Origin: Candidatus Methylomirabilota bacterium
GTDB taxonomy: Bacteria; Methylomirabilota; Methylomirabilia; Rokubacteriales; DASRDR01
Reading direction: 5' to 3'
Length of the DNA: 64,000 nt
Assembly (NCBI GenBank): GCA_036558225.1
Contig: DATBGA010000085.1
Location: 6,526 to 70,525 of the forward strand
Shown: positions 1-7,697 of the stretch, in pieces
Numbering within the stretch: position 1 is the stretch's first letter
Layout of the letters: the number at the start of each line of letters is the position of its first letter
Made by a program: the position numbers and the translations under genes
Notes under the pieces: generated by a model
Database searches by the model: none
What the model was told of the DNA's origin: nothing
Seen by the model: the letters and a program-made list of their open reading frames with translations, nothing else

Positions 1-736
1 GATCGTCATCCCGCCCGGCCCGCGGCTGGGCGACGTGGTGGTCGTCGCCGAGCACCTCACGAAGGGCTACGGCGACCGCGTGCTGATCGACGACCTCTCC
101 CTCGCGATCCCGCGGGGGGCGATCGTGGGCGTCATCGGGCCCAACGGCGCCGGCAAGACGACCTTCGTCCGGATGATCGTGGGCCAGGAGAAGCCCGACC
201 GCGGCGCGATCCGGGTCGGCGAGACGGTCGTCCCCGCCTACGTGGACCAGAGTCGCGACGCGCTCGACGGCAAGAAGACCGTGTGGGAGGAGATCTCGGA
301 GGGGGCCGACATGCTGTCGCTGGGAAAGCGTCAGCTCAACTCCCGGAGCTACGTCGCCTCGTTCAACCTCAAGGGCGCGGATCAGCAGAAGCGCGTCGCC
401 GAGCTCTCGGGGGGCGAGCGGAACCGCGTCCACCTGGCGAAGCTCCTCAAGCGCGGCGGCAACCTCCTCCTGCTCGACGAGCCGACGAACGACCTCGACG
501 TCGACACCCTCCGCGCCCTCGAAGAGGCCCTGCTGACCTTTGCCGGGTGCGTCGTGGTGATCAGCCACGACCGCTGGTTCCTCGACCGAATCGCGACGCA
601 CATCATGGCGTTCGAGGACGAGGGCCGCGTGATCTGGTCCGAGGGAAGCTACGCCGACTACGAGGCGGACCGGAAGAAGCGCCTCGGGGCCGAGGCCGAG
701 CGGCCCCACCGCCTCCGCTACAAGCGGCTCAAGTAG
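1..736 (+). CDS. ettA: ABC-F family ATPase, EttA-like (3' portion; N-terminus lies upstream of the window)
   Basis: Frame is open from base 2. Second ABC cassette has Walker A GPNGAGKT, signature LSGGERNRV and Walker [13 protein letters not shown], followed by a basic C-terminal tail. TAG at 734-736. Confidence 0.85.
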   Translation, partial: IVIPPGPRLGDVVVVAEHLTKGYGDRVLIDDLSLAIPRGAIVGVIGPNGAGKTTFVRMIVGQEKPDRGAIRVGETVVPAYVDQSRDALDGKKTVWEEISEGADMLSLGKRQLNSRSYVASFNLKGADQQKRVAELSGGERNRVHLAKLLKRGGNLLLLDEPTNDLDVDTLRALEEALLTFAGCVVVISHDRWFLDRIATHIMAFEDEGRVIWSEGSYADYEADRKKRLGAEAERPHRLRYKRLK

Positions 737-737
737 A

Positions 738-772
738 CCGCGTCCCTCGGGACCACCGGGGGGCGGACGCGC
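738..772. terminator. GC-rich stem-loop between convergent ettA and receiver genes
   Basis: Arms CGCGTCC / GGACGCG with an inner CCCTCGGG element. No U-tract, so it is only a candidate bidirectional terminator. Confidence 0.25.
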
Positions 773-774
773 CG

Positions 775-1227
775 CTACCCGGGGCTCGGCGGCTCCGCCA
801 GGATCCCCTGGATCACCGCCCGGAACTCGGCGATCGTGAACGGCTTCTCCAGGTAGCGGAGAGACGTCCCGTCCAGGAACCGGCGCGTCTCGGTGCTCAT
901 GATGTCCCCCGTGACGAACACCATGCGCCGGACGACCTCGGGGCACACGACCCGCAGCTCCTGGTAGAGGGCCGGGCCGTCCACGTCCGGCATCCGCACG
1001 TCGCTGACGATCAGCGCGTAGGCCCCACGGCGCACGAGCTCGAGCGCCTCGCGCCCGTCCATCGCCCGGTCGACCTCGTAGCCTTCCAGCGACAGGAACT
1101 CCGCCAGCAGCTCGCCCACGACCCGCTCGTCCTCGACGAGGAGGGCGCGCGTCTCGGGCCGACCGGCCGGCGGCGGGACCGGCTCGGGGACCGGGTCCAC
1201 CCGGGGGATTTCGACCGGCGCGCTCAC
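775..1227 (-). CDS. stand-alone CheY-like receiver protein (single-domain response regulator)
   Basis: Receiver signature (LLVEDE, phospho-acceptor context LIVSDVRMPDVDG, FVTG, EKPF) with no output domain. GTG start at 1227 overlaps the kinase stop in GTGA. The upstream part of the 296-aa track ORF is Arg/Pro-rich and overlaps the kinase out of frame. Confidence 0.8.
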   Translation of the reverse strand: MSAPVEIPRVDPVPEPVPPPAGRPETRALLVEDERVVGELLAEFLSLEGYEVDRAMDGREALELVRRGAYALIVSDVRMPDVDGPALYQELRVVCPEVVRRMVFVTGDIMSTETRRFLDGTSLRYLEKPFTIAEFRAVIQGILAEPPSPG

Positions 1228-3140
1228 GGCGCCTGGCTCCCGATCCGCCGCTCGCCGGAGGCCGGGTGGTCCGCCCGGGGGCCGGCGCGCGTCGGGAGCG
1301 CGATTGTGAACACGGTCCCCTGGCCCGGGGAGCTCCGGAACGTCACCGTGCCGCCATGGTCCTCGACGATCTTGTGCGCGATGGCCAGCCCGAGCCCCGT
1401 GCCCCCCACCTTGGTGGTGAAGAATGGGTTGAAGACGTCCGCCGTCTCCTCCGGCTTGATCCCGCTGCCGGTGTCCATCACCTCCAGCACGAGCCGGTCG
1501 CGGGACACGCCGCCGGGGCCCTCGGCATCCGGGGGCCAGCCCAGGCGCACGGTCAAGGTGCCGCCCTCGTCCTCCATGGCGTCGATGGCATTCGCGACGA
1601 GGTTGAGGAGGGCCTGGTAGAGGTGCTCGGCGTCTCCGGGGACGGGCGGCACCCCGGCCGGCCACTCGCGCCGCACGCGGATGCGACGGGCCTCGATCTG
1701 CGGCGCGTAGAGCTCGAGCGCCTGCTCGAGGAGCGGCGGGAGGTGCACGGGGGCGAGCTCGAGACGCGCGGGCCGGGCGAGCCGCAGAAGCCCGTCGACG
1801 ATCGCGTTGATCCGCTCGAGCTCGCGAGGGACCACGCTCTGGAACCGCTGGCGGAACCGCTCGTCGTCGAATCGCCGGGCGACGTGGCGGCTGAACGTCA
1901 TGATGGACGTCAGCGGGTTCTTGATCTCGTGCGCGAGGCCGGCCGCCAGCGTGCCCAGCGCCGCGAGACGGTCGGAGCGGCGGAGCTGCTCCTCCAGCTG
2001 GCGGACGGGCGTCAGGTCCCGGAGGACGGCCACCACTCCGAGGGCCTGCCCCTCCGCGCCGCGGAGGGGGGTCGTGGCCACCTCGACCGGCGCGGGCGGC
2101 CCGTCGCGCTGCGGCAGCGTGAGCACGGCCTGCGGCACCCCCACGCGGGTCCGGAGCGTCTCGAGTAGCAGGTCCCGGAACTCCGGGACGTGATGGAACG
2201 CCTCCGCGGCCGGCCGGCCCGTGAGCACGCTCGCCGCCCAGCCGGTGAGGGCCTCCGCGGCGGGGTTCACGGTGACCACGCGGCCGTCGAGGTCCAGCGT
2301 CACGAGCCCGTTCACGAAGGACCGGAGAATGTGATCGTTGTAGCTCTTCAGATCGGACAGCTCCGCGAAGCGCTGGTGCAGCGCCGCGTCGGCCACCTCG
2401 AGGTCCGTCCGCTGCTGGCGGAGCTGCGCCGCCATCTCGTTGAACGCGAGGGCGAGCCGGCCGAGCTCGTCGGAGCTGCCCGGGTGAATGCGCTGGTCCA
2501 GCTCCCCGCGCGCGATCGCGGCGACGCCGTCGGCGAGCTCGCGGACCGGCCGGGTGATCCGCCGGGCGACGACCGCTGTCGCCAGGCCGCCCAGCACGAG
2601 CGCGACCACGGCCAGCGCCGCCAGCTCGCGTCGGGTGCCGGCGATCTCCGCGTCCATGCGCCGCCGCGACAGCGCGATCCGCACGCTGCCCCAGCGGGTG
2701 CCGTCGACCAGGATCGGCACCGCGAAGTCGTAGAGCCGTTCCCCGTCCGACCCGGTCGTCTCCTGCAGCACGGGGGCGGCCGCGAGGGCCCGGAGGGACA
2801 CCGAATCCGACGGCGTGGAGCCGACCGCCCCGGGATCCCGGCTGTGCGCCACGACCTGGCCCAACCGGTCGAGGATCATCGCGTAGACCACGTCCGTCTC
2901 ATGGTCGAAGCGCACGACGTTCTGCTCGAGCGCCGTGAAGTTGTAGAGGAGGAGCGCGCCGGCCGACACGCCGGCCAGACCTTCCGCCAGAGCCGTCCCG
3001 CGGCGGTGGACCTCCTCGATGATGGTCGTCCGCTGCCGATGCTCCACGACGACCGCTACCGCGGCCATGAGGGCGGCGACGATCAGGATGGTCCCGATGA
3101 GGAGCTTGGTGCGAAGCGACACGAAGACGGGGCGAGTCAT
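1224..3140 (-). CDS. sensor histidine kinase (TM, ~150-aa periplasmic domain, TM, HAMP, PAS, HisKA, HATPase_c)
   Basis: Start is MTRPVFVSL (ATG at 3140). Two hydrophobic spans flank an extracytoplasmic segment. H-box LAHEIKNPLTSI, N-box NLVANAIDA, G-boxes DTGSGI and GGTGLGLAI. The first 325 aa of the 964-aa track ORF overlap the SBP gene and are rejected. Confidence 0.9.
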   Translation of the reverse strand: MTRPVFVSLRTKLLIGTILIVAALMAAVAVVVEHRQRTTIIEEVHRRGTALAEGLAGVSAGALLLYNFTALEQNVVRFDHETDVVYAMILDRLGQVVAHSRDPGAVGSTPSDSVSLRALAAAPVLQETTGSDGERLYDFAVPILVDGTRWGSVRIALSRRRMDAEIAGTRRELAALAVVALVLGGLATAVVARRITRPVRELADGVAAIARGELDQRIHPGSSDELGRLALAFNEMAAQLRQQRTDLEVADAALHQRFAELSDLKSYNDHILRSFVNGLVTLDLDGRVVTVNPAAEALTGWAASVLTGRPAAEAFHHVPEFRDLLLETLRTRVGVPQAVLTLPQRDGPPAPVEVATTPLRGAEGQALGVVAVLRDLTPVRQLEEQLRRSDRLAALGTLAAGLAHEIKNPLTSIMTFSRHVARRFDDERFRQRFQSVVPRELERINAIVDGLLRLARPARLELAPVHLPPLLEQALELYAPQIEARRIRVRREWPAGVPPVPGDAEHLYQALLNLVANAIDAMEDEGGTLTVRLGWPPDAEGPGGVSRDRLVLEVMDTGSGIKPEETADVFNPFFTTKVGGTGLGLAIAHKIVEDHGGTVTFRSSPGQGTVFTIALPTRAGPRADHPASGERRIGSQAP

Positions 3141-3151
3141 GCGACGTCCGC

Positions 3152-4789
3152 TCAGCGCGGTCGCTCGAGCCACACCTTGCGGAAGGGGATGTACGAGTCG
3201 CCGAGGCCGCTCACCTCGACTCCCTTGACGTACGGCTGGAAGAGGCGCTCGTACGTGTGGTGCCAGACGGGGATCACGGGGGCGTCCTCCAGCACCATCT
3301 CCTCCACCCGGCGGTAGACCTCGACCCGGCGCGCCATGTCCGGCTCGGCCCGCGCCCGCTCGAGCAGCGAGTCCACCGCCGGATTGGCGTAGCCCATGTA
3401 GTTCCACGGGCTCGCCGAGTAGAACAGCTTCGCGAGGAAGTTCTCGGGATCCGGCACGTCGGCGAACCAGGCCCGGAGAAAGACGGGGAGCTTCCGCTCG
3501 GCCATGGCCTTGGAGAAGCTCGGCCAGTCCGGATTGTACTGGAACTCCGCCGTGACCCCTACCGCCTCGAGATCCTTCCGGATCCGATCGTCCTCGCGAA
3601 GGATCTCCTCGGACCGGACGCTCGACCAGATCACGATGGGCGGCAGCCCGCGCCCGCCGGGATAGCCTGCCTGCGCCAGAAGCTCGCGCGCACGCGCGGG
3701 ATCGTAAGCGTAGCCCTTGAGCTTCGGGTTGTAGCCGAGCGTCCCGGGCGGGAGGATGCCCTTCGCGAAGGCGTAGCGGCCCAGCCAGATCTCCGAGACC
3801 ACCGCCTCTCGGTCGATGGCGTGGAGGAGCGCCTGGCGCACCCGCCGGTCGTCGAGCGGCTTCGTGCGCGTGCTGATCCCGTAGTGGCGAAGGCCGAAAA
3901 CCGGCCGGCGCACGTACTGGTAGGACTGCCCGGCGATGATCTGGCGGTAGTCCTTGGCGGGAATCGGGCTGTCCTCGAGCGCCCCCGCCTTGAACTCGGC
4001 GAAGACTCCGTCGGGGCCCTCCCCCGGAAAGATGCGATACACGAGCCGCGCGAGCTTCGGGGGCCCGTCGAAGTAGTCCGGGTTGGCGGCCAGCACGATC
4101 TCCTTCCCTCGGTCCCACCGCACGAAGCGGAAGGGACCCGTGCCGACGGGCTGGGCGCCGAACGCCTCCCCCTGCTCCTCCACCAGCTCGCGCGGCACGA
4201 TCTTGGCCTGGCCGACTGCCAGGATGGAGACGAAGGGCACTGGCGCCTCCGTCAGGGTGACGCGGACGGTGTAGCGGTCCACCACGGTGAGCCCCGAGAT
4301 GGCGCGGGCCCGACCCTCGCGAAACTCCTGCGCGCCTTGAATGCCCATGAAGTGATCGGCCCCTCCCGATCGGGTCCGCGGGTCCACGAGTCGGGTGAAG
4401 GAGTAGACGACGTCATCCGCCGTCACCTCCCGGCCGTGGTGGAACCTGACGCCCTTTCGGAGGGTGAAGGTCCAGGTGAGACCATCGCGCGAGGCGAGCC
4501 AGAACTGGGCGAGCGCTGGCGTGATGCTGAGGGTCTGGTCGAACTGGACGAGCCCGTCGAAGAGCTGCTGCATGACCGCGAGGCTGTAGATGTCGCGGAG
4601 CCGGGCCGGGTCGAGTGTCCCGGGGTCGTGGCCGATCGGGCGGCGATAGACTCCCCCCAGCTGGGCAGGCGAGCCCCCCTGGGCCCCGACCGAGGTCGAT
4701 CCGAGGCCCAGTGAGAGCCCAAGCGTGCCTAGGGCCAGCCAGCCGCCCCAGCGACGACGCGCGGAGCGTCCCGACGGGGCGGGACGCAT
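3152..4789 (-). CDS. family-5 extracellular solute-binding protein (peptide/nickel/opine type), orphan
   Basis: Signal peptide MRPAPSGRSARRRWGGWLALGTLGLSLGLG followed by a typical DppA/OppA/NikA-like SBP_bac_5 sequence. ATG at 4787-4789. No permease or ATPase genes are adjacent. Confidence 0.85.
   Translation of the reverse strand: MRPAPSGRSARRRWGGWLALGTLGLSLGLGSTSVGAQGGSPAQLGGVYRRPIGHDPGTLDPARLRDIYSLAVMQQLFDGLVQFDQTLSITPALAQFWLASRDGLTWTFTLRKGVRFHHGREVTADDVVYSFTRLVDPRTRSGGADHFMGIQGAQEFREGRARAISGLTVVDRYTVRVTLTEAPVPFVSILAVGQAKIVPRELVEEQGEAFGAQPVGTGPFRFVRWDRGKEIVLAANPDYFDGPPKLARLVYRIFPGEGPDGVFAEFKAGALEDSPIPAKDYRQIIAGQSYQYVRRPVFGLRHYGISTRTKPLDDRRVRQALLHAIDREAVVSEIWLGRYAFAKGILPPGTLGYNPKLKGYAYDPARARELLAQAGYPGGRGLPPIVIWSSVRSEEILREDDRIRKDLEAVGVTAEFQYNPDWPSFSKAMAERKLPVFLRAWFADVPDPENFLAKLFYSASPWNYMGYANPAVDSLLERARAEPDMARRVEVYRRVEEMVLEDAPVIPVWHHTYERLFQPYVKGVEVSGLGDSYIPFRKVWLERPR
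4766..4787 (-). promoter_or_regulatory. perfect 8-bp stem-loop that begins at the G of the SBP start codon
   Basis: mRNA sense is AU[GCGUCCCG]CCCCGU[CGGGACGC]. No Shine-Dalgarno in the 17 nt between the peptide-1 stop and this ATG. Confidence 0.3.
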
Positions 4790-4806
4790 CCAGGAGAGCG
4801 GGGCTG

Positions 4807-4953
4807 CTACCAGCCGCCGCCGCCGCCGCCGTCGCAGGCGTTGCCCACGGCCTGGAAGACCGGCATGTGGGTCTGCGTCCCCGACTCGATCACCGGGGCC
4901 ACAAGAAGAAAGGACACCACGATCACCAGCACGGTCCATACCTTCGTCATCAT
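4807..4953 (-). CDS. small secreted/membrane-anchored peptide P1 (48 aa), unknown family
   Basis: My own translation: MMTKVWTVLVIVVSFLLVAPVIESGTQTHMPVFQAVGNACDGGGGGGW. SD GGGAGG lies 2-5 nt upstream of ATGATG. Paralog of P2, with mostly synonymous differences in the shared 3' part. Below the size cut-off of the ORF track. Confidence 0.7.
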   Translation of the reverse strand: MMTKVWTVLVIVVSFLLVAPVIESGTQTHMPVFQAVGNACDGGGGGGW

Positions 4954-5026
4954 AGCCTCCCGGACGCCGGACGGCGCCCGACTGTGGGGGTTGGCTCGAT
5001 CGGAACCGTCGTGGTCGGAGAGGGTT

Positions 5027-5170
5027 CTACCAGCCGCCGCCGCCGCCGCCGTCGCAGGCGTTGCCGACCGCCTGGAAGACCGGCATGTGGGTCTTCGTCC
5101 CCGACTCGATCACCGGGGCCACCAGCAGGAAGGACGCGATGATCACAAGCATCGCCGTGAACCTGATCAT
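5027..5170 (-). CDS. small secreted/membrane-anchored peptide P2 (47 aa), paralog of P1
   Basis: C-terminal part of track ORF 5027..5404: MIRFTAMLVIIASFLLVAPVIESGTKTHMPVFQAVGNACDGGGGGGW. SD GGAGGAGG lies 8 nt upstream of the ATG at 5170. Sits downstream of a sigma-54 promoter match. Confidence 0.7.
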   Translation of the reverse strand: MIRFTAMLVIIASFLLVAPVIESGTKTHMPVFQAVGNACDGGGGGGW

Positions 5171-5187
5171 GGGCAGGCCTCCTCCAT

Positions 5188-5206
5188 GCGTCTCGTGGCG
5201 AGACGC
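5188..5206 (-). promoter_or_regulatory. stem-loop in the P2 5' leader, immediately 5' of the SD
   Basis: GCGTCTCG-CCA-CGAGACGC, a perfect 8-bp stem with a 3-nt loop. Confidence 0.3.
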
Positions 5207-5231
5207 GGTCTGTGGGTTCGGAGTGATGGAG

Positions 5232-5247
5232 AGCAAGGCCGGGGCCA
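5232..5247 (-). promoter_or_regulatory. sigma-54 (-24/-12) promoter for the peptide genes
   Basis: Minus strand reads TGGCCC-CGGCC-TTGCT against consensus TGGCAC-N5-TTGCW (10 of 11 specified positions, correct spacing). It lies about 60 nt upstream of the P2 ATG. Confidence 0.6.
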
Positions 5248-5348
5248 CCGCGGAATTCGATGGCCCCGCGAGGACGGAAGTATCCGCCAGGACGGGCGAA
5301 TCAGGTCTGCGCGTAGCCGGGGCTCGGCCGGTCGGACCAAAGACCGGA

Positions 5349-5368
5349 GTGCACTGTTTCCTGTGCAG
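5349..5368. promoter_or_regulatory. candidate enhancer (UAS) site A: GTGCAC-N8-GTGCAG
   Basis: Same architecture as sites B and C. Centre is about 110 bp upstream of the -24 element. Confidence 0.45.
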
Positions 5369-5432
5369 CCCCCCCGGCGATCGGGTGCGGATCTCCCCGA
5401 TCACGTCTGCAGAATCAGGGCCTTACGACGCG

Positions 5433-5473
5433 GTGCACACTAGACTGTGCACGGTGCACTGTCTACTGTGCAC
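5433..5473. promoter_or_regulatory. candidate enhancer sites B and C: two abutting GTGCAC-N8-GTGCAC units
   Basis: GTGCACactagactGTGCAC g GTGCACtgtctactGTGCAC. Centres are 21 bp apart, and the A-B centres are 84 bp apart (whole helical turns). The units overlap the stop codon of the enhancer-binding protein gene. TGCAC half-sites resemble NtrC-family sites. Confidence 0.5.
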
Positions 5474-6902
5474 CTCCCCCATCCGGTCGACCTCCGGCGG
5501 AGGCCAGGGCCACGGGGTCGATCCCCCAGGCCAGGAGCTTCGTCTTGAGCGAGTTCCGGTGGAGCCCGAGGAGCCGCGCCGCCTCCGACTGGTTCCACCG
5601 AACCCGCTCGAGGACGCGGAGGATGACCTGGCGGTCGAACCGCTCCCGGGCCTCGCGGAGCGGCAAGCTCGTGGGGTCGTCGACCAGGTGGCGCACGTCC
5701 GGGAGCATCAGGTCGAGCGGCACGTCCTTGACCTCGACGACGAGCCCGTCGGCCAGCGCGACGGCGCGCTCGATGACGTTCTGGAGCTCCCGCACGTTCC
5801 CCGGCCACCCGTACGCCATCAGGACGTCGAGCGCGGCCGGCGAGACCCCGGTGACGCGCTTGTGCAGGAGATGATTCGACCTCCGGATGAAGTGGTCGAC
5901 CAGGAGGGGGATGTCCTCGCGGCGGTCGCGGAGCGGCGGCACGGCGATCTGGACGACGTTCAGGCGGTAGTAGAGGTCCTCCCGCAGGCTCCCGCCCTGG
6001 ATGGCCTTGCGCAGGTCGGCGTTGGTGGCGGCGATCACCCGCACGTCGACCGGGATGCGCCGGGTCCCCCCGACGCGCTCGATCTCGCGCTCCTGGAGCA
6101 CGCGCAGGATCTTGGCCTGGAGGTCGACGCGCAGCGTGGCGATCTCGTCCAAGAACAGGGTGCCCCGGTGCGCCAGCTCGAACTTCCCGAGCTTCCGCGA
6201 GACGGCGCCGGTGAAGGAGCCTTTCTCGTGGCCGAAGAGCTCGGACTCGATGAGCGTCTCGGAGATCGCCGCCACGTTCACGGGCACGAACGGCTGGTCC
6301 CGCCGCGGCCCGTGCCGGTGGATCGCCCGCGCGACGAGCTCCTTCCCGGTTCCGCTCTCGCCCGCAATCAGCACGGTGAGCGGGTTCCGCGCCACGGCGC
6401 TGATCAGCTGGTAGAGCTGCTGCATCAGCGGATGCTGGCCGACGAGCTGGTCGAAGTCGCGCTCCCGCGCCAGCTCCGATCGGAGGTAGACGACCTCGCG
6501 GTCGAGCGCGCGGCGCTCGAGCGCACGGCGGATCAGGGGCAGGATCTCGTCCTCGTCGAACGGCTTGGTGACATAGTCGAGCGCGCCCAGCTTCATGGCC
6601 GCCACCGCGGCGGTCACGGTCTGGACCGCGGTCACCAGGACCACCTCAACGTGCTCGTCGATCGCCTTGATCCGCTCCAGGACCTCGATGCCGTCCATGC
6701 CGGGGAGCCGGAGGTCGAGCAGGACGAGGTCCACCGGTGCGCCCTGGACGCGCTCGAGGGCCTCAGGGCCGTCGCCCGCCTCCACGATCTGGTACTGTTC
6801 CTCCAGGACGAGCCGGAACGCCTCGCGGATGCCCGGGTCGTCGTCCACGACCAGGATGGTGGGGCGGGCGGCGCGGTCCGGCACGGACGGGAGCGGGGAC
6901 AT
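5463..6902 (-). CDS. sigma-54-dependent response regulator (NtrC family: REC + AAA+ + Fis-type HTH)
   Basis: Start is MSPLPSV (ATG at 6902). REC domain ILVVDDD and [16 protein letters not shown]+ Walker [24 protein letters not shown] (GAFTGA-type loop). C-terminal [19 protein letters not shown]. Confidence 0.9.
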   Translation of the reverse strand: MSPLPSVPDRAARPTILVVDDDPGIREAFRLVLEEQYQIVEAGDGPEALERVQGAPVDLVLLDLRLPGMDGIEVLERIKAIDEHVEVVLVTAVQTVTAAVAAMKLGALDYVTKPFDEDEILPLIRRALERRALDREVVYLRSELARERDFDQLVGQHPLMQQLYQLISAVARNPLTVLIAGESGTGKELVARAIHRHGPRRDQPFVPVNVAAISETLIESELFGHEKGSFTGAVSRKLGKFELAHRGTLFLDEIATLRVDLQAKILRVLQEREIERVGGTRRIPVDVRVIAATNADLRKAIQGGSLREDLYYRLNVVQIAVPPLRDRREDIPLLVDHFIRRSNHLLHKRVTGVSPAALDVLMAYGWPGNVRELQNVIERAVALADGLVVEVKDVPLDLMLPDVRHLVDDPTSLPLREARERFDRQVILRVLERVRWNQSEAARLLGLHRNSLKTKLLAWGIDPVALASAGGRPDGGGAQ

Positions 6903-6907
6903 TCCCC

Positions 6908-7588
6908 TCAGGAGGAGACCTCGACGGCGCGGGGATCCGGCTCGTAGAGCACGAACCGCATCGGCGTCGGGCGGTGGGCGTTGGTCGGGGTGATGTCCGA
7001 GGGGCAGGCCGAGTTGGCCGCCAGGACATCCATCTCCGCCAGGAGGTCGACGTAGTCGCCCGCCCGCGAGGGCGCCGCCATGGGCCGGACCGATCCGTCG
7101 GGCTGGACCGGCCACTGCATGAAGAAGTTGAAGGAGAAGGGCACGTCCTCGAGCTCGATGCCCCAGGGCGCGAGCGCCTCGGCGAGATTCGAGCGACAGC
7201 TCCGGTGTGGCCCGGTGTAATCCAGCCGGTTCCGGTAGTACTCCTCGCTGCAGGAGCCGCAGATGAGGTCGTGCACGCCCACCGTGTCGGCGATCAGGCG
7301 CATCATGGGCCGCCCGCGGTCGGACACGAGCGCCGCCCCCGTCCTCGGGTAGATCGTGCGGTTGAAGAGCACGGTGTTCTGCGGGGAGTACCGCTCGCCG
7401 AGGTCATCCCGGTTGAAGCAGACGAAGTCGCCGACCTGCTGCCCGTCGACGTCGATGACCCGCAGAACGAGCCCGCGAGCGACCTCGATCGCCGCGCCGT
7501 GACGCGCCGGGATCTCCACGATCCGGACCACGCGCCCCGGCACCGCCGCCCGACCGAGATGTGTCGCGCTCACTCGGGACCCCCGCAC
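6908..7588 (-). CDS. DUF1989 / urea-carboxylase-associated family protein
   Basis: The pattern (DVDGQQVGDFVCFNRDDLGERYSPQNT, HDLICGSC, CRSNLAEAL, FNFFM, AGDYVDLLAEMDVLAANSACPSD) matches my recollection of this family. The stop lies 5 nt before the regulator start. Start may be 7588 or 7573 (both GTG). Confidence 0.65.
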   Translation of the reverse strand: MRGSRVSATHLGRAAVPGRVVRIVEIPARHGAAIEVARGLVLRVIDVDGQQVGDFVCFNRDDLGERYSPQNTVLFNRTIYPRTGAALVSDRGRPMMRLIADTVGVHDLICGSCSEEYYRNRLDYTGPHRSCRSNLAEALAPWGIELEDVPFSFNFFMQWPVQPDGSVRPMAAPSRAGDYVDLLAEMDVLAANSACPSDITPTNAHRPTPMRFVLYEPDPRAVEVSS

Positions 7589-7697
7589 ACCCGTGCCCAG
7601 CCGGGCCGCCCGGCGTGCGGGGGGAGCGTATCACAGCTCGCGCACGCTATGATGGCCGCCGAAAAGTGCGCTCGTGATCGAGCGGGGAGGACGCGGA

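Noticed and set aside
283-1620. Long ORFs antisense to or out of frame with annotated genes. Examples: 283..1620 +, 1266..2168 +, 3257..4714 +, 5061..6947 +, 6737..8575 +, 10402..12216 -, 30773..32098 -, 40352..41890 -, 45631..47760 +, 55179..57047 N-terminal part, 58851..61214 -, 58967..61576 +.
   Set aside because: Their products are Arg/Pro/Gly/Ala-rich and low-complexity, with no recognisable motifs. Each overlaps an ORF with clear domain signatures. Long spurious open frames are expected at about 70% GC.
4615-5142. ORFs encoding poly-Arg runs (RRRRRRRR), and the (GCC)6 tracts at ~4813-4830 and ~5033-5050, as possible VNTR or CRISPR-like repeats.
   Set aside because: The tracts are the Gly6 codons of the two peptide genes read in other frames or on the other strand. 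There are only two copies, each embedded in a 145-nt gene duplication. There is no spacer-repeat architecture.
5170-5187. Mini-uORF ATGGAGGAGGCCTGCCCATGA overlapping the P2 start codon.
   Set aside because: The GGAGGAGG inside it is more simply the SD for P2. There is no independent SD for the upstream ATG.
7575-7600. Sigma-54-like TGGGCACGGGTGTGCG upstream of the DUF1989 gene (minus strand).
   Set aside because: The match to both boxes is poor unless the register is shifted, and it overlaps the candidate GTG start codon at 7588.
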